Assembly (NCBI GenBank): GCA_963768055.1
Contig: CAVYGN010000001.1
Location: 1 to 64,000 of the forward strand
DNA: 64,000 bases
Source of the DNA: an uncultured Spirochaetota bacterium
GTDB taxonomy: Bacteria; Spirochaetota; Brevinematia; Brevinematales; JAOACQ01
Reading direction: 5' to 3'
Part shown: one piece after another, positions 49,601-59,919 of the stretch
Numbering within the stretch: the stretch's first letter is position 1
Layout: every line of letters begins with the position of its first letter
Made by a program: the position numbers and the translations under genes
Notes under the pieces: generated by a model
What the model was told of the DNA's origin: nothing
The model's input: the letters and a program-made list of their open reading frames with translations, nothing else
The model's database searches: none

Positions 49601-50629
49601 ATGGGGTTTAAAGGGATTTCCGGCATTATGTTAGCCCTTTCGCTTGGAGCGGTCTCAGGGTTTTCACAGAAGAGTTTAAAGGGAAATAGCGATTACGAAA
49701 TCGGCACATGGCAGGATTTTAAAGCCGCGGCAATATGTTTTACATTTGACGACGGATGCCTCAATCAATATAAGACAGCGATCCCGATGTTCAATGAATA
49801 CGGTTTTAAACTGACCATGTTTACAGTGACAAGCTGGTCGCCGGATTGGGAAAAGCTGAAGAAAGCATCGTTAAACGGCCACGAAATTGCTTCTCATACT
49901 GTGCATCATTCCACATTGGGCCAATTACCGGACGATTTGCAGGCTTCGGAACTTGCAAACTCGCAAAATGAGATAAATAAATATATTACGGATAAAAAGT
50001 GCCTGACCCTGGCTTACCCGAATTGTGTAACGGGTAATTACGATATCATCGGTAAATATTATATAGCGGCCCGGGGATGCCAGGGATTCATCGAAGGCAG
50101 CACTCCGAATGATTTTATGGATATCAGCTCGATAATCTGCGGCGTTCAGGGGACTGTAAAAACCGCCGGCGATTTTATAAATAAGACGGATAGCGCCGTA
50201 TCTTCAGGCGGTTTATGTGTTTTCTTAATACATGCAATTGATGATGACAGCGGATATTCTCCTTTATTATCGAGCGAACTCAGAAAAGAACTCGAATACT
50301 TGAAAAATATTAATGATAAAGTATGGGTGGCCGCTTTCAGGGACATAGTTATCTATATCAGGGAACGAAATTCCGTTTCTATAATCGAAACTTCCAATCG
50401 AAATAACATCATAACCTTGAATGTCGACGACGGCCTGGATAAATCAATCTACAATTACCCCCTCACTATAAGGAGAAAGCTTCCAAAAAATTACAATGGC
50501 GCTTCTGTTTCTCAAAACGGTAAAGAGGTCAAATCTTCGATTGTAAACATCGATTCGGCGGGTTATGTTATGTTTGACGTCGTGCCGGATAACGGCGACG
50601 TGGTATTGAATCTTAAAAAAAATGATTGA
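49601..50629 (+). CDS. Secreted polysaccharide deacetylase (CE4/NodB-like)
   Basis: FTFDDG, HEIASHTVHH, AYP, LIH. Confidence 0.9.
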   Translation: MGFKGISGIMLALSLGAVSGFSQKSLKGNSDYEIGTWQDFKAAAICFTFDDGCLNQYKTAIPMFNEYGFKLTMFTVTSWSPDWEKLKKASLNGHEIASHTVHHSTLGQLPDDLQASELANSQNEINKYITDKKCLTLAYPNCVTGNYDIIGKYYIAARGCQGFIEGSTPNDFMDISSIICGVQGTVKTAGDFINKTDSAVSSGGLCVFLIHAIDDDSGYSPLLSSELRKELEYLKNINDKVWVAAFRDIVIYIRERNSVSIIETSNRNNIITLNVDDGLDKSIYNYPLTIRRKLPKNYNGASVSQNGKEVKSSIVNIDSAGYVMFDVVPDNGDVVLNLKKND

Positions 50630-50692
50630 AAATTTTCATCCGGACAAGCCGTATAAGCTGTGAATTATAATTAATTATATTAATGGAGTGAA

Positions 50693-52375
50693 ATGATGAA
50701 AATTTCGGTTAACCATCTCGGGTTCAGGCCCCTTGACCATGACAAAAGGGCTGTAATATGGGGAAAAGAAAGGTTCGCGGAATTCCAGATAATCAACCTG
50801 GCCGAAATGGGATACAATGAGATCGGGCCGAATTCAAAGCCGAACAGCATTATCTACAGCGGTCCCCTGATTAAAAAACGATACGAATGGGGGGAATATT
50901 ATATCGCGGATTTTTCCGATTTTTCAAAACCGGGTATTTACATGGTCACCCTGGATAATAAATTCAATTCGGTGCCGTTCCATATAAGGGATGACCTGTA
51001 CGCCAGGACCCTGCGCAAGGCTTTCGACTATATCCATATACAACGCTGCGGCGAAGGGGTTCCGGGTTACCACCCTCCATGCCATCTTGACGATGCCCGC
51101 CGCAGGGATACGGGAGAACATATCGATACGGCCGGGGGCTGGCATGACGCCGGGGACCTCAGGAAATGGGTCGCACATACGCTGCTCCTGGGAATAGGGA
51201 TCTGCGAGCTCAAAAGGCTGGCGGATCCGGCCTGGAATTTATTCGATCAAAAGGAGGGGGATCTTTTAAGCGAGCTGCGCTGGGGCAACTCTTTCTTTTT
51301 GAAAGTTCAGGAGGAAAGCGGTCTTGTATGGCATGACGTTGCCGGAGGCGTCGACGGCGACAACAGCGATAATCACTGGACGGACAATATTTCCGGCACG
51401 CCTGACGACAGGTACATCAATACGGAATATCTGCCGCTTATCCAGTGGGAATTCATATATTTCGAATCTATGATGTCGCATCTATTCAGGGATGCAGATC
51501 CCCTATACAGCCGCCGATGCCTGGATGCGGCAGCGAAAACCTTTGATTTCATGAAAAATAAAAAGAATAGCAGACCCGATGAGGCATCCTGGGCAATACT
51601 GGCGCTGCTGGAATTTGAAAAAGATAATGGCCGGGCTGAAGCAATAACTCGCCTTACCGGCGAGATAAATCTTCTTCTCGATCTTCAGGAGAAAGGATAC
51701 CGCTTCGGCCGGGAAAATGTCCGGGGTTTCTGGTACAAGGATCTTTCGAAAAAAGACTTCTTCCGATCAAGCCGCGATTCAGGGCTTCCGCTTATCGCCC
51801 TTTCCGAGGCCGCCCTATCGGTAAGCGAGCCCGGACTTAAGGAAAAGTGCCTGGATGCGCTTTCGATCCATTGCCATGATTACGCGCTGCCAATGGCCTT
51901 AAAGAGTCCCTTCGGTATAATTCCCTTCGGCCTCTACAAGGGAAAACCGACAAGGGAAAAATACCGCCCTGCAGGAGGCGGCATCTTTTTCAGGTTCTTC
52001 GCCCCGGCAATTTCACCCATGTATTCGGGGTTGACATCCCATCTTCTTTCTTACGCTGTCGGCCTGACAATGGCCGGGAATATTTTAAAAGAAGAGGTGC
52101 TGAAAGGCACGGGCCGTCAGCAAGCGGAGTGGGTAATGGGGGGCAATCCCTTGAATTCCTGCCTTATGACCGGCGAAGGGATCAATAATCCTTATCCTCA
52201 TTCCCGTTTCCTGGGGCTTATCCCCGGCGGGATAATGAACGGGATCGCCGGACTCGAAGACGACAAGCCTTTTCTCGACCTTTCTTATATGATGGACTGG
52301 CGGACGACCGAGTACTGGAGCCCGCATACCTGTTTTTATATATGGTTTGCAAGCCTTATTGAAAATCGACTTTAA
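50693..52375 (+). CDS. Glycoside hydrolase family 9
   Basis: VNHLGF Ig-like N-terminus, GGWHDAGD, MGGNP..MTGEG, TTEYW. Confidence 0.88.
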   Translation: MMKISVNHLGFRPLDHDKRAVIWGKERFAEFQIINLAEMGYNEIGPNSKPNSIIYSGPLIKKRYEWGEYYIADFSDFSKPGIYMVTLDNKFNSVPFHIRDDLYARTLRKAFDYIHIQRCGEGVPGYHPPCHLDDARRRDTGEHIDTAGGWHDAGDLRKWVAHTLLLGIGICELKRLADPAWNLFDQKEGDLLSELRWGNSFFLKVQEESGLVWHDVAGGVDGDNSDNHWTDNISGTPDDRYINTEYLPLIQWEFIYFESMMSHLFRDADPLYSRRCLDAAAKTFDFMKNKKNSRPDEASWAILALLEFEKDNGRAEAITRLTGEINLLLDLQEKGYRFGRENVRGFWYKDLSKKDFFRSSRDSGLPLIALSEAALSVSEPGLKEKCLDALSIHCHDYALPMALKSPFGIIPFGLYKGKPTREKYRPAGGGIFFRFFAPAISPMYSGLTSHLLSYAVGLTMAGNILKEEVLKGTGRQQAEWVMGGNPLNSCLMTGEGINNPYPHSRFLGLIPGGIMNGIAGLEDDKPFLDLSYMMDWRTTEYWSPHTCFYIWFASLIENRL

Positions 52376-52419
52376 TTGCGGTGGCGGTTATTGAGAAATA
52401 ATTTTTCAAGAGGAATAAA

Positions 52420-53796
52420 ATGCAGATTTTAAGCCAGGCTATCGCCTATATTCTCAGTTTCAAGGTTTATGTCCTGCTCCCGATAATAATATTCATTTTC
52501 GCGATGATCTTCCGCCTCAAACTCTCTTTGTCTATCAAATCGGCCTTTTTGATAGGTATAGGGTTTTTAGGGATATTCATCACGTTCGATTTTTTCGTGT
52601 CGAATATCGGTCCTGCGGTCAAGGCGCTCATAGCCCGGACAGGCCTCTCGATGAATGTGCTCGATGTGGGCTGGCCGCCGCTTGCCTCTATTGCATGGTC
52701 TTTCAGCCTTGCCCCTCTGATGATTCTTTTGATCATTTCAGTTAATATTATTATGCTTTTCTTTAAACTGACAAAGGTCGTGAACATAGATATCTGGAAT
52801 TACTGGCACTTTCTGATGGTCGGCTCGCTTGTAAGCGCGGCCACCGGCAATATATTCCTCACAATTTCCTCGATCGTCACGGCGGAAATTATAGTCTTGA
52901 AGATTGCGGAATGGGGGGCTCCGCATGTCAAGCGCTATTCAAAACTGCCCGGCGTGGCGATCACAACCCTGTCGGCGGGAGGATATTATTCCGTCGGAGC
53001 GATCGGAAACGCAATCCTTGAAAAAATACCGTTCATCAGGAGTCTGAAAGCCGATCCGGTATCTCTTAAAAATAAGCTCGGCCTTGCGGGGGAGCCGATG
53101 GTAATAGGATTTGTTCTGGGCATACTCCTGGGGGCAGGCGCCGGTTTCGGGGTAAAAACCGTCCTTGAGCTGGCTTTTTCGATTGCGGCTGTAATTGTCA
53201 TTCTGCCGGCTATGTGCGGCATCCTTACTTCGGGCCTTATTTACATTTCCGACGGGATGAAGGAATTCGTAAAAAAGAACATTCCGGACTTGGGAGAGAG
53301 CTATATGGGGCTGGATAATGCCGTCCTTATGGGCGATCCGGCCATCATCGTAAGCGGACTTCTGATGATGCCCGCCGCGCTTATACTCGCCTTTGTCCTG
53401 CCCGGCGTAAAATTCATCCCGATCGGCGATCTTCCGAATATGATAGCAATGGTTACGATGGTAGTCGTGGCGACAAACGGAAACATTGTCCGAACGTGCA
53501 TTATAGGCATTCCGATGATTATCGCTCAGCTTTATGTGGCGTCCTACATGTCGGTAACCTTTACAGAACTTGCCGCGAAAGCCCATTTTGTTTTCCGGGG
53601 ATACGACGGATTGATCACCAGCTTCATGGACGGGGGATTGCCTCTCCGGTTCTGGCTGTACAAAACCTTTTCCGGCAATATCATCGCTCTGTGCCTGATT
53701 CCGGTTATGGTCCTGGTCCTTTTTCTTACCCGGTATTTTTCAAAAAAGGAAACCGGGAAATTTTCAGGAACGGGCGGCGGCATGCATAGTGACTAG
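52420..53796 (+). CDS. PTS galactitol-type EIIC component (GatC family), orphan
   Basis: LDVGWPP, NIDIWNYWH, GEPMVIG, GLDNAV, PIGDL. Confidence 0.9.
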   Translation: MQILSQAIAYILSFKVYVLLPIIIFIFAMIFRLKLSLSIKSAFLIGIGFLGIFITFDFFVSNIGPAVKALIARTGLSMNVLDVGWPPLASIAWSFSLAPLMILLIISVNIIMLFFKLTKVVNIDIWNYWHFLMVGSLVSAATGNIFLTISSIVTAEIIVLKIAEWGAPHVKRYSKLPGVAITTLSAGGYYSVGAIGNAILEKIPFIRSLKADPVSLKNKLGLAGEPMVIGFVLGILLGAGAGFGVKTVLELAFSIAAVIVILPAMCGILTSGLIYISDGMKEFVKKNIPDLGESYMGLDNAVLMGDPAIIVSGLLMMPAALILAFVLPGVKFIPIGDLPNMIAMVTMVVVATNGNIVRTCIIGIPMIIAQLYVASYMSVTFTELAAKAHFVFRGYDGLITSFMDGGLPLRFWLYKTFSGNIIALCLIPVMVLVLFLTRYFSKKETGKFSGTGGGMHSD

Positions 53797-53815
53797 GCTG
53801 GACGCCGTGTTATTG

Positions 53816-54460
53816 TTAACCCTTTCCAAGCTGAAAATATTTTTTGGAAATAAGAAAAAACCATAATATCCAGAAAATATAACCAATATTGATAAATATG
53901 CCTGTTATTTTTGATAAAGCAATTCCCGAGAATAAATCACAACATATTAATAGAATAAAAAACGAAAGAGTTCCAATGATTGAAGTAAATTTTCCGAACC
54001 TGTTGCTCAGCAGCATTAAAATTGAGAATATCAGGCCTGCGGTCAAGATCCCGGTACGCCCGCCGGAATGAGTCAGATATAACAAGACTATTCCAAGAAA
54101 AGGTGAAATAACCGCAAAAATTGAAAATATTGCCCAGATAATATTCTTTTTCCAGAGATTATAGCAAAAGGCTATCGATATTAAACAAAAAAGTATCATA
54201 ATAGCAAAATCGATCAAATGAAGGGCCGATAACGAATCTCTCTGAACTGCTCCGAAATTAAGCTTTGAGAAAAGAATTATCCAGTTGTCATCAAAAATTT
54301 TAAGCCAATTGTTTATAAAATCAAGTTTTAAAACCAGGGATAACGAGCTGATACCTGCCAGAATAAGCAATGCCGAAATTAATGATGAGGCTATACCGAC
54401 AGATTTATAGAATCTTTTTAATCCAATCTTATCGGCCTCGTTGTTTTGTATTGCAGCCAT
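53816..54460 (-). CDS. Hypothetical multi-pass membrane protein
   Basis: About six hydrophobic helices; SD GGAGG before the ATG at 54460. Confidence 0.7.
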   Translation of the reverse strand: MAAIQNNEADKIGLKRFYKSVGIASSLISALLILAGISSLSLVLKLDFINNWLKIFDDNWIILFSKLNFGAVQRDSLSALHLIDFAIMILFCLISIAFCYNLWKKNIIWAIFSIFAVISPFLGIVLLYLTHSGGRTGILTAGLIFSILMLLSNRFGKFTSIIGTLSFFILLICCDLFSGIALSKITGIFINIGYIFWILWFFLISKKYFQLGKG

Positions 54461-54517
54461 TCTAATTCCTCCGATTGAAAAATATCCCATATTTTCCGGC
54501 AATTAACTCCAGATGTC

Positions 54518-54550
54518 AAAAAAAAGAATGCCCCCCTGTACGAGGGGGAT
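54518..54550 (-). terminator. Rho-independent terminator-like hairpin
   Basis: CCCCCT..AGGGGG stem followed by a T-run on the minus strand. Confidence 0.5.
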
Positions 54551-54661
54551 TTCAATAAGGGCGCACGACCCGAAAACAGGCATTGCCGGCAGAAGGGTTT
54601 TCCGCACCGGCCCCCATTACTCAGGCGTTCCGGTATGCCCGCAATCCAATCCCGATGATTA

Positions 54662-54814
54662 TCAGGGTACTACAAATATTGATATTGCGCCAGTGCAATC
54701 CATCAAATACGGCTGTTCGACGCCGTTGACCCAGTAGCAGACGTAGCCGATGCCATCGTACCCACAGATATAAACATTGCCCCCGGATACAAACATCGAT
54801 TCGACATCTCCGCA
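54662..54814 (-). pseudogene. C-terminal fragment paralogous to the 57381-58409 repeat lipoprotein
   Basis: SMFVSGGNVYICGYDGIGYVCYWVNGVEQPYLMDCTGAISIFVVP*. Confidence 0.8.
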
Positions 54815-54964
54815 CAGGACATCATTGGCTGGCAGGCGAATGGCATATCGAAAGTGTTTTGATTCAAGGTATTCATAGATCTCGGGTTTGGCAAATGCCG
54901 CATCGCCTCGAAAGTACTAAGGGAGATCCCGATCACGTTAGCGGGAAACAACTGGTTCTAATGC
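54815..54964 (-). mobile_element. IS1380-family transposase remnant
   Basis: LEPVVSR*RDRDLP*YFRGDAAFAKPEIYEYLESKHFRYAIRLPANDVL, with two in-frame stops. Confidence 0.75.
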
Positions 54965-54977
54965 TAATACCCCAAAT

Positions 54978-57150
54978 TTAATGTGAATATGCCGCCGCTG
55001 TACTGGCAATGTCAACCGCAGCGAAAACACCGTTGCCGTATGTCACTGAATACCAGCTTGCACTGCTTGGAAGCGGGGTTATTGCGGCCGTCCAATTCAT
55101 TCCGTCGGTTGAATACGCCGCCGCTGTGCTGCCTTTGTCAATTGCAACAAAAACACCGTTGCCGTATGTCACTGAAGACCAGCCTCCAACGCTTGGAAGC
55201 GGGGTTATTGCAGCCGTCCAGTTTTTACCGTCCGTTGAGAACTCCGCTGTAGATAAGGAAATCGCCACAAAAACGCCGTTGCCGTATGTCACTGATATCC
55301 AGTGTGCACTACTAGGAAGCGGGGTTATTGCGGCAGCCCATACCGACCCCGAGGGTATCCAGTACGCGTAAATGGTTGTATTCGCAGAAACAGTAGTACT
55401 TGCCGTAAACTGAGTCCCGCCGCCGTTAGGGGCGGTGTACCAGCCGTTAAAATAATAGCACAGGTATGTCGGTACCGCCGGAAGAGTCCCGACAGTGGTA
55501 GCGGGGAAGGTGACATTCTGCGGGCTTACCGAAGACCCTCCCCCGCTGTTATATGTAACCGTATATGTTATTGGAGTCCAGACCGCATAAAGCATGATAT
55601 TTGCCGCACCGATAGTGAAACTTGCCCCTATGGGGTAATTGATCCCGGTCCCGTCGGATTTCGTGTTCCAGCCGCTTAAAAAGTATCCCGAATTAAGGAG
55701 GTTTCCGGTGTTGCCTGAAACGGTGACCGTCGATCCCGGCAGATAGCTGCTGCCGTCAACCGGAACGTTCCCCAAAGCTCCGTTCGCGTTGTAGGTGACC
55801 GTATATGTCGGATTTTGTATTACATAGCTGTCAGTCACCGCATCCGAATCGTCCATTCCCGTCATGACCGCCTTTGCTATTATTGTAACGCTTGATGAAA
55901 CTAAAACAGTATTGTTCTGGTTCCAGTTCCAGGTCGTACCCCCGTCTGTCGACCATATAACGGCCGCCCCGGTTGTAGGGCATGTAAATGTGAGTGTGAA
56001 AGCCGACGAGTAAGTCCCGGACGCCGCGCTGAACGCCGGATTGGCGGTTTTTCCCGAAGTCGTATACGCATAGCTGACCATGTGTGAAGTCGTCCATCCT
56101 GCGATGTAAGCCATTGCATTAATAGTGCTCGATCCCGGCAACGTCATTACCCCGCTATAAAGTGTCGAGGATGTCGTCGGCGTTGACCCGTCCAGCGAAT
56201 AATAAATATTCGCTCCTGAAGTAGCGCTTGCGATGTTTATATATTTCGAGGTATGGTTGTCTATCAGCGTGAATACCGGGTCTATGACTATTCCCGTGAC
56301 CGTGAAAGTCTGTGTGATTATAGGCGAGGATGTCAAACCCGCCTTGAATGAGAATGCGTTTATCGTCATCGCCGAGCCCGGCGCAAGCGGTATCGCTGTG
56401 CTATAGACCTTCGACGACGTCGTAGGGGCCGATCCGTCTGTAGTATAATAAATTTTAGCCCCTGTTGTCTGGCTCTTAATCTTGATGTTTATATTAGAAA
56501 AGTAAGTCCCCTGGACAGGGCTGAAGGCCGGCGCTCCGACTGTTCCCCCCGGGACCGCCGGCTGGAAATAATATGTGCACTGGACGACCCTCGAGTCCCC
56601 CATTCCGCTTGTAACTGCGATAGCACTTACTGTCGTGGTGCCGCTGGAAAGTTTCAGGGTGCCCAGCACCGGCGATGCTTCCGTAGGCGTGCTGCCGTCC
56701 GTTGTATAATGGACTACCGATCCGGAAGTAGTGCTCTTTATCTGTATTGTTTTAGCCGTTGTATAAGTCCCGCCGACCGGGTTGAATATCGGGTCGACAG
56801 TGTATTGAACAGCCGGCAGGGCCGCTGCCTTGACTGAGCCGAAACTTCCGTTCGCCGTTGTTTTAACAGGCGATTTCGCCTGGGACTGGCCCGGCACGTC
56901 AGGCGTTTTGGGCGGCCCCCAATAAAACACCTCGCCGACCCAGTTGGCCGAGTCGTCCGCTCAGAACGACGATGCGGAAGAAGAAGTATGAGAAGTAGAA
57001 GAAGAACTGCTCCCGCCAGATGAAATTGTTCCCGCCTCCCCCTCCGCCTTGATTATTATTGCCGCCCCCGCCAAGGTTTAGTGAACAAGTATAAATGAGA
57101 ATAATGAAAGCGATTAATGAACAGGTTAAGAGAATAATTTTTTTAAATAT
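54978..57150 (-). pseudogene. Large surface protein (CHB/HEX C-terminal-like Ig repeats, Listeria-Bacteroides repeats, propeller-like repeats) with a damaged 5' end
   Basis: About four YTTDGSTP-type repeats, two YTVTYN..GW repeats, three W.SVTYGNGVFVA repeats. The signal peptide starts at ATA 57150 behind AGGAGG, followed by a frameshift and a TGA before 56930. Confidence 0.75.
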
Positions 57151-57380
57151 CGATATCCTCCTATTTTGTTAAATTCTTAATAAATTATATTAAAGGAAAT
57201 ATTATCATGCAAATAATTTAACAAAGAATAATTATTATATTGGAATATTCTTGAAAATATTTGGAAATATTTTAAATTATTAAAATAGGTTTTTACTTTC
57301 AAGGTCCGGCCAGGCCGTAGGAAAAATAAATCGACTTTACTTTTCCTTTTTCATGGACAATTGCGGCCTGCCATCTTTCT

Positions 57381-58409
57381 TCAGGGTGTTACAAATATAG
57401 ATGTTGCGCCACCGCAGTCCGTCAAATACGGCTGTTTGACGCCGTTGATCCAGTAGCAGGGATAAACGCCGTCATTCCCGGATACATAAATAGTGCTGCC
57501 CGTAACGTAGATAGAGTATGCGGTTGATCCGAGCGTTTGAGATAGAGGTGACTGTTCTTTGCCTTTGACCCAGTAACAGGCGTAGGTGTTGTTATCGTCC
57601 CCGGCGGCATAAACATTACCGCCGGATACATAGATTGACTTTGCTTCTCCGCCGGCCGACAGCACCACTATGCCGCTGGTGTTGTCGACCCAGTAGCAGG
57701 CCTGGCCGCCACCGGCGGAGTCATCGACCCCGGCGACATAGACATGGCCGCTGTCAAAGAAGATTGAGAATGCATTGTCCATGCCGCCGGCGGTGTAAGT
57801 CGTTAGGTCCTGTTCGCCAATGGCGTTGTTGACCCAGTAGCAGGCGTCCCCGCTACCATTTACCCCGGCAATATAAGAATTGCCGCCGGATACGAAGATC
57901 GAGTATGCGTAACCCCCGGTCGACAGCACCGGTTGTTTCTTGCCGTCGACCCAGTAGCAGGGCTGGCCATAGGTGCTGTCATCAATCCCGGCGACATAAA
58001 CATAGCCGCTGTCTACGAAGATTGATAATGCATTGTCATAAACGGCGGCAGTTGTCAGGACATGTTCGGTGCCGTCGACCCAGTAACAGGCCTGGTAAGC
58101 ATCATCGTACCCGGCTACATAAACATGGCCGCCGGATACGTAGATTGAGTTGGCATCTCCTAAGCCGCCGGACGTCAGCGCCGGCTGTTCGACGCCGTTG
58201 ACCCAGTAGCAGGCGTCGCCGTTGATATTATACCCGGCGATATAGACTGTCGGGCCTGAAGGAGAACTATGCGAAGATGAAGAACTTGATGAAGAACCGG
58301 ACGAAGAATTCAATTGGGATGTTATGTCATTCGGGGCGAAAAAGCTGGAGCAGGAGAAGGTTAACGCTGTCAATGCGGCAGATATAATTATCGATACTGA
58401 TCTATTCAT
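57381..58409 (-). CDS. Lipoprotein with about seven SIxVxGGxVYVAG..CYWV repeats (probable beta-propeller)
   Basis: Lipobox TFSC, Ser-rich linker, tandem repeats of about 40 aa. Confidence 0.85.
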   Translation of the reverse strand: MNRSVSIIISAALTALTFSCSSFFAPNDITSQLNSSSGSSSSSSSSHSSPSGPTVYIAGYNINGDACYWVNGVEQPALTSGGLGDANSIYVSGGHVYVAGYDDAYQACYWVDGTEHVLTTAAVYDNALSIFVDSGYVYVAGIDDSTYGQPCYWVDGKKQPVLSTGGYAYSIFVSGGNSYIAGVNGSGDACYWVNNAIGEQDLTTYTAGGMDNAFSIFFDSGHVYVAGVDDSAGGGQACYWVDNTSGIVVLSAGGEAKSIYVSGGNVYAAGDDNNTYACYWVKGKEQSPLSQTLGSTAYSIYVTGSTIYVSGNDGVYPCYWINGVKQPYLTDCGGATSIFVTP

Positions 58410-58427
58410 AATGTATTTTCCTCTCAT

Positions 58428-59765
58428 TTAAAATCTTATGCCTATCCCGCACATAGGGTATATATTGTGGTCGTAGAGGCTGTATCTCGCCCCGCCCTCG
58501 ATAAAGAAGTTAAGCCATGAAAATTCGACTTCTGCTATAGGGGAAAACGTTGGAGAACTTGTAAAATAAACAAACATTCCTCCGTAAACAGTCAGCTTGA
58601 AATCTCCAAACCCGATAATATCGAGGCCTATACCAGCGTTCGCGACTGGCAGAATCACGCTATTCATATATACCGCTCCGCCGAGAAGCGAAGCCCGCAG
58701 GCCGCCGATAAAATAATAATCGAGGCCGAGAGTCCCGCCGTATCCGCCCTGGAGGGCATGAACGGATACGAACAATCTCCGGGTATTGTCTTTCTTTACC
58801 TCGACCGGAGCGGTCTTCGCTATAGAGGAAAAATCAGCCGTATATGTATTTCCCTCTTCAACCCTGATAATCTTGCTGTCAAGAACCTTGCCGTCATTTT
58901 CAATGCGTATCGCATGGCTCTCTCCCGCTTTCATGTTGCTCACGGCAAGCTCGCCGTTTTTGCCGGTTTCACCGGCCATGAAATCGTCGGCGAAAACATT
59001 TATGCCCGGCGAACCGGCTTTTACGACTATAACGCCGGAGGGAGCGTAAGTGATATCCCTGTTCTCACCGTCCCTGAGCGTAATTGTATCATGGTAAACC
59101 TCGCGTCCTGTTTCCGGGATGACTATCGACACTTCGATAGGTTCTTCGGCCGGCTCTATTTCTTTAAAACCGTCCTGTCTGGTTATTTTTTTCTGAAAAT
59201 TTTTGTTTATAAGCAGGCTGTATGCCGAATCCGAGGATATCTCCACTTCAAGATTGCCCATGTACACCGGATGGCCGACGAGTTCTATTGAAATGTTGCG
59301 GATAAGCCTGTCGATCGTGTCGAATATTTCTACGCCGGCGTCCCCGGAATATTCCCTCTGCAGTTTAAGCTTGTCCGTGACAGGATCGTATATATAAACA
59401 ATTATTTCTATCGTGTTATTTTTCGCATCGACCTTGTAAGTGCCTGTAACGACCCGTTCGGCTTTTAGCGACAGGCCCATTTCGACAGCGGTTTCGATAT
59501 CCAGCTTTTTCGATTTCCAGAACTTATTCTCCGCCGCAAGTTTTTCCATAATTGCAAAGGGCGTCACCCTGACGCCGCCGATCTTTCCCAGATAGGTTAT
59601 CAGCGATTTGCTGATGACCTTATTGATGGGATCGTCCGTTTTAACGCCCTGGTTTATGAACCCGGCTACGGCGATTGTTTTGATTTCCTCGGTAAATAGG
59701 GATGATACTGATACAGATAAAATAATGGATAAAAACAGGAAAGCAATCTTGTTCGGAATGCTCAT
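58428..59765 (-). CDS. Exported protein: TolB-N/CsgG-like N-terminus, PEGA-like middle, probable C-terminal beta-barrel
   Basis: IAVAGFIN, AERVVTGTY, alternating beta strands ending GIGIRF. Confidence 0.65.
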   Translation of the reverse strand: MSIPNKIAFLFLSIILSVSVSSLFTEEIKTIAVAGFINQGVKTDDPINKVISKSLITYLGKIGGVRVTPFAIMEKLAAENKFWKSKKLDIETAVEMGLSLKAERVVTGTYKVDAKNNTIEIIVYIYDPVTDKLKLQREYSGDAGVEIFDTIDRLIRNISIELVGHPVYMGNLEVEISSDSAYSLLINKNFQKKITRQDGFKEIEPAEEPIEVSIVIPETGREVYHDTITLRDGENRDITYAPSGVIVVKAGSPGINVFADDFMAGETGKNGELAVSNMKAGESHAIRIENDGKVLDSKIIRVEEGNTYTADFSSIAKTAPVEVKKDNTRRLFVSVHALQGGYGGTLGLDYYFIGGLRASLLGGAVYMNSVILPVANAGIGLDIIGFGDFKLTVYGGMFVYFTSSPTFSPIAEVEFSWLNFFIEGGARYSLYDHNIYPMCGIGIRF

Positions 59766-59873
59766 ATACTCTCCTAAAAATGATAAAATATTTTGACAAA
59801 GCTTAAAATAAATACCGTTTATTGTCAATATTTTCTATATAGGTATTGACAATAATTTTAAAAGATGTTACTA

Positions 59874-59901
59874 TATATTGACTGACTATAAAGTCAATAT
59901 A
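59874..59901. promoter_or_regulatory. Probable TetR operator
   Basis: TATATTGACT-8 bp-AGTCAATATA upstream of tetR. Confidence 0.65.
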
Positions 59902-59919
59902 AAAACGGGGGCGGTGCTT

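Noticed and set aside
54555..54650. Structured RNA or c-di-GMP riboswitch in a GC-rich intergenic stretch
   Set aside because: No recognisable consensus; only the adjacent terminator-like hairpin is supportable.
54662..57530. Repeat pair 54662/57381 as a DGR template and variable region
   Set aside because: Mismatches are not adenine-specific and no reverse transcriptase is in the window.
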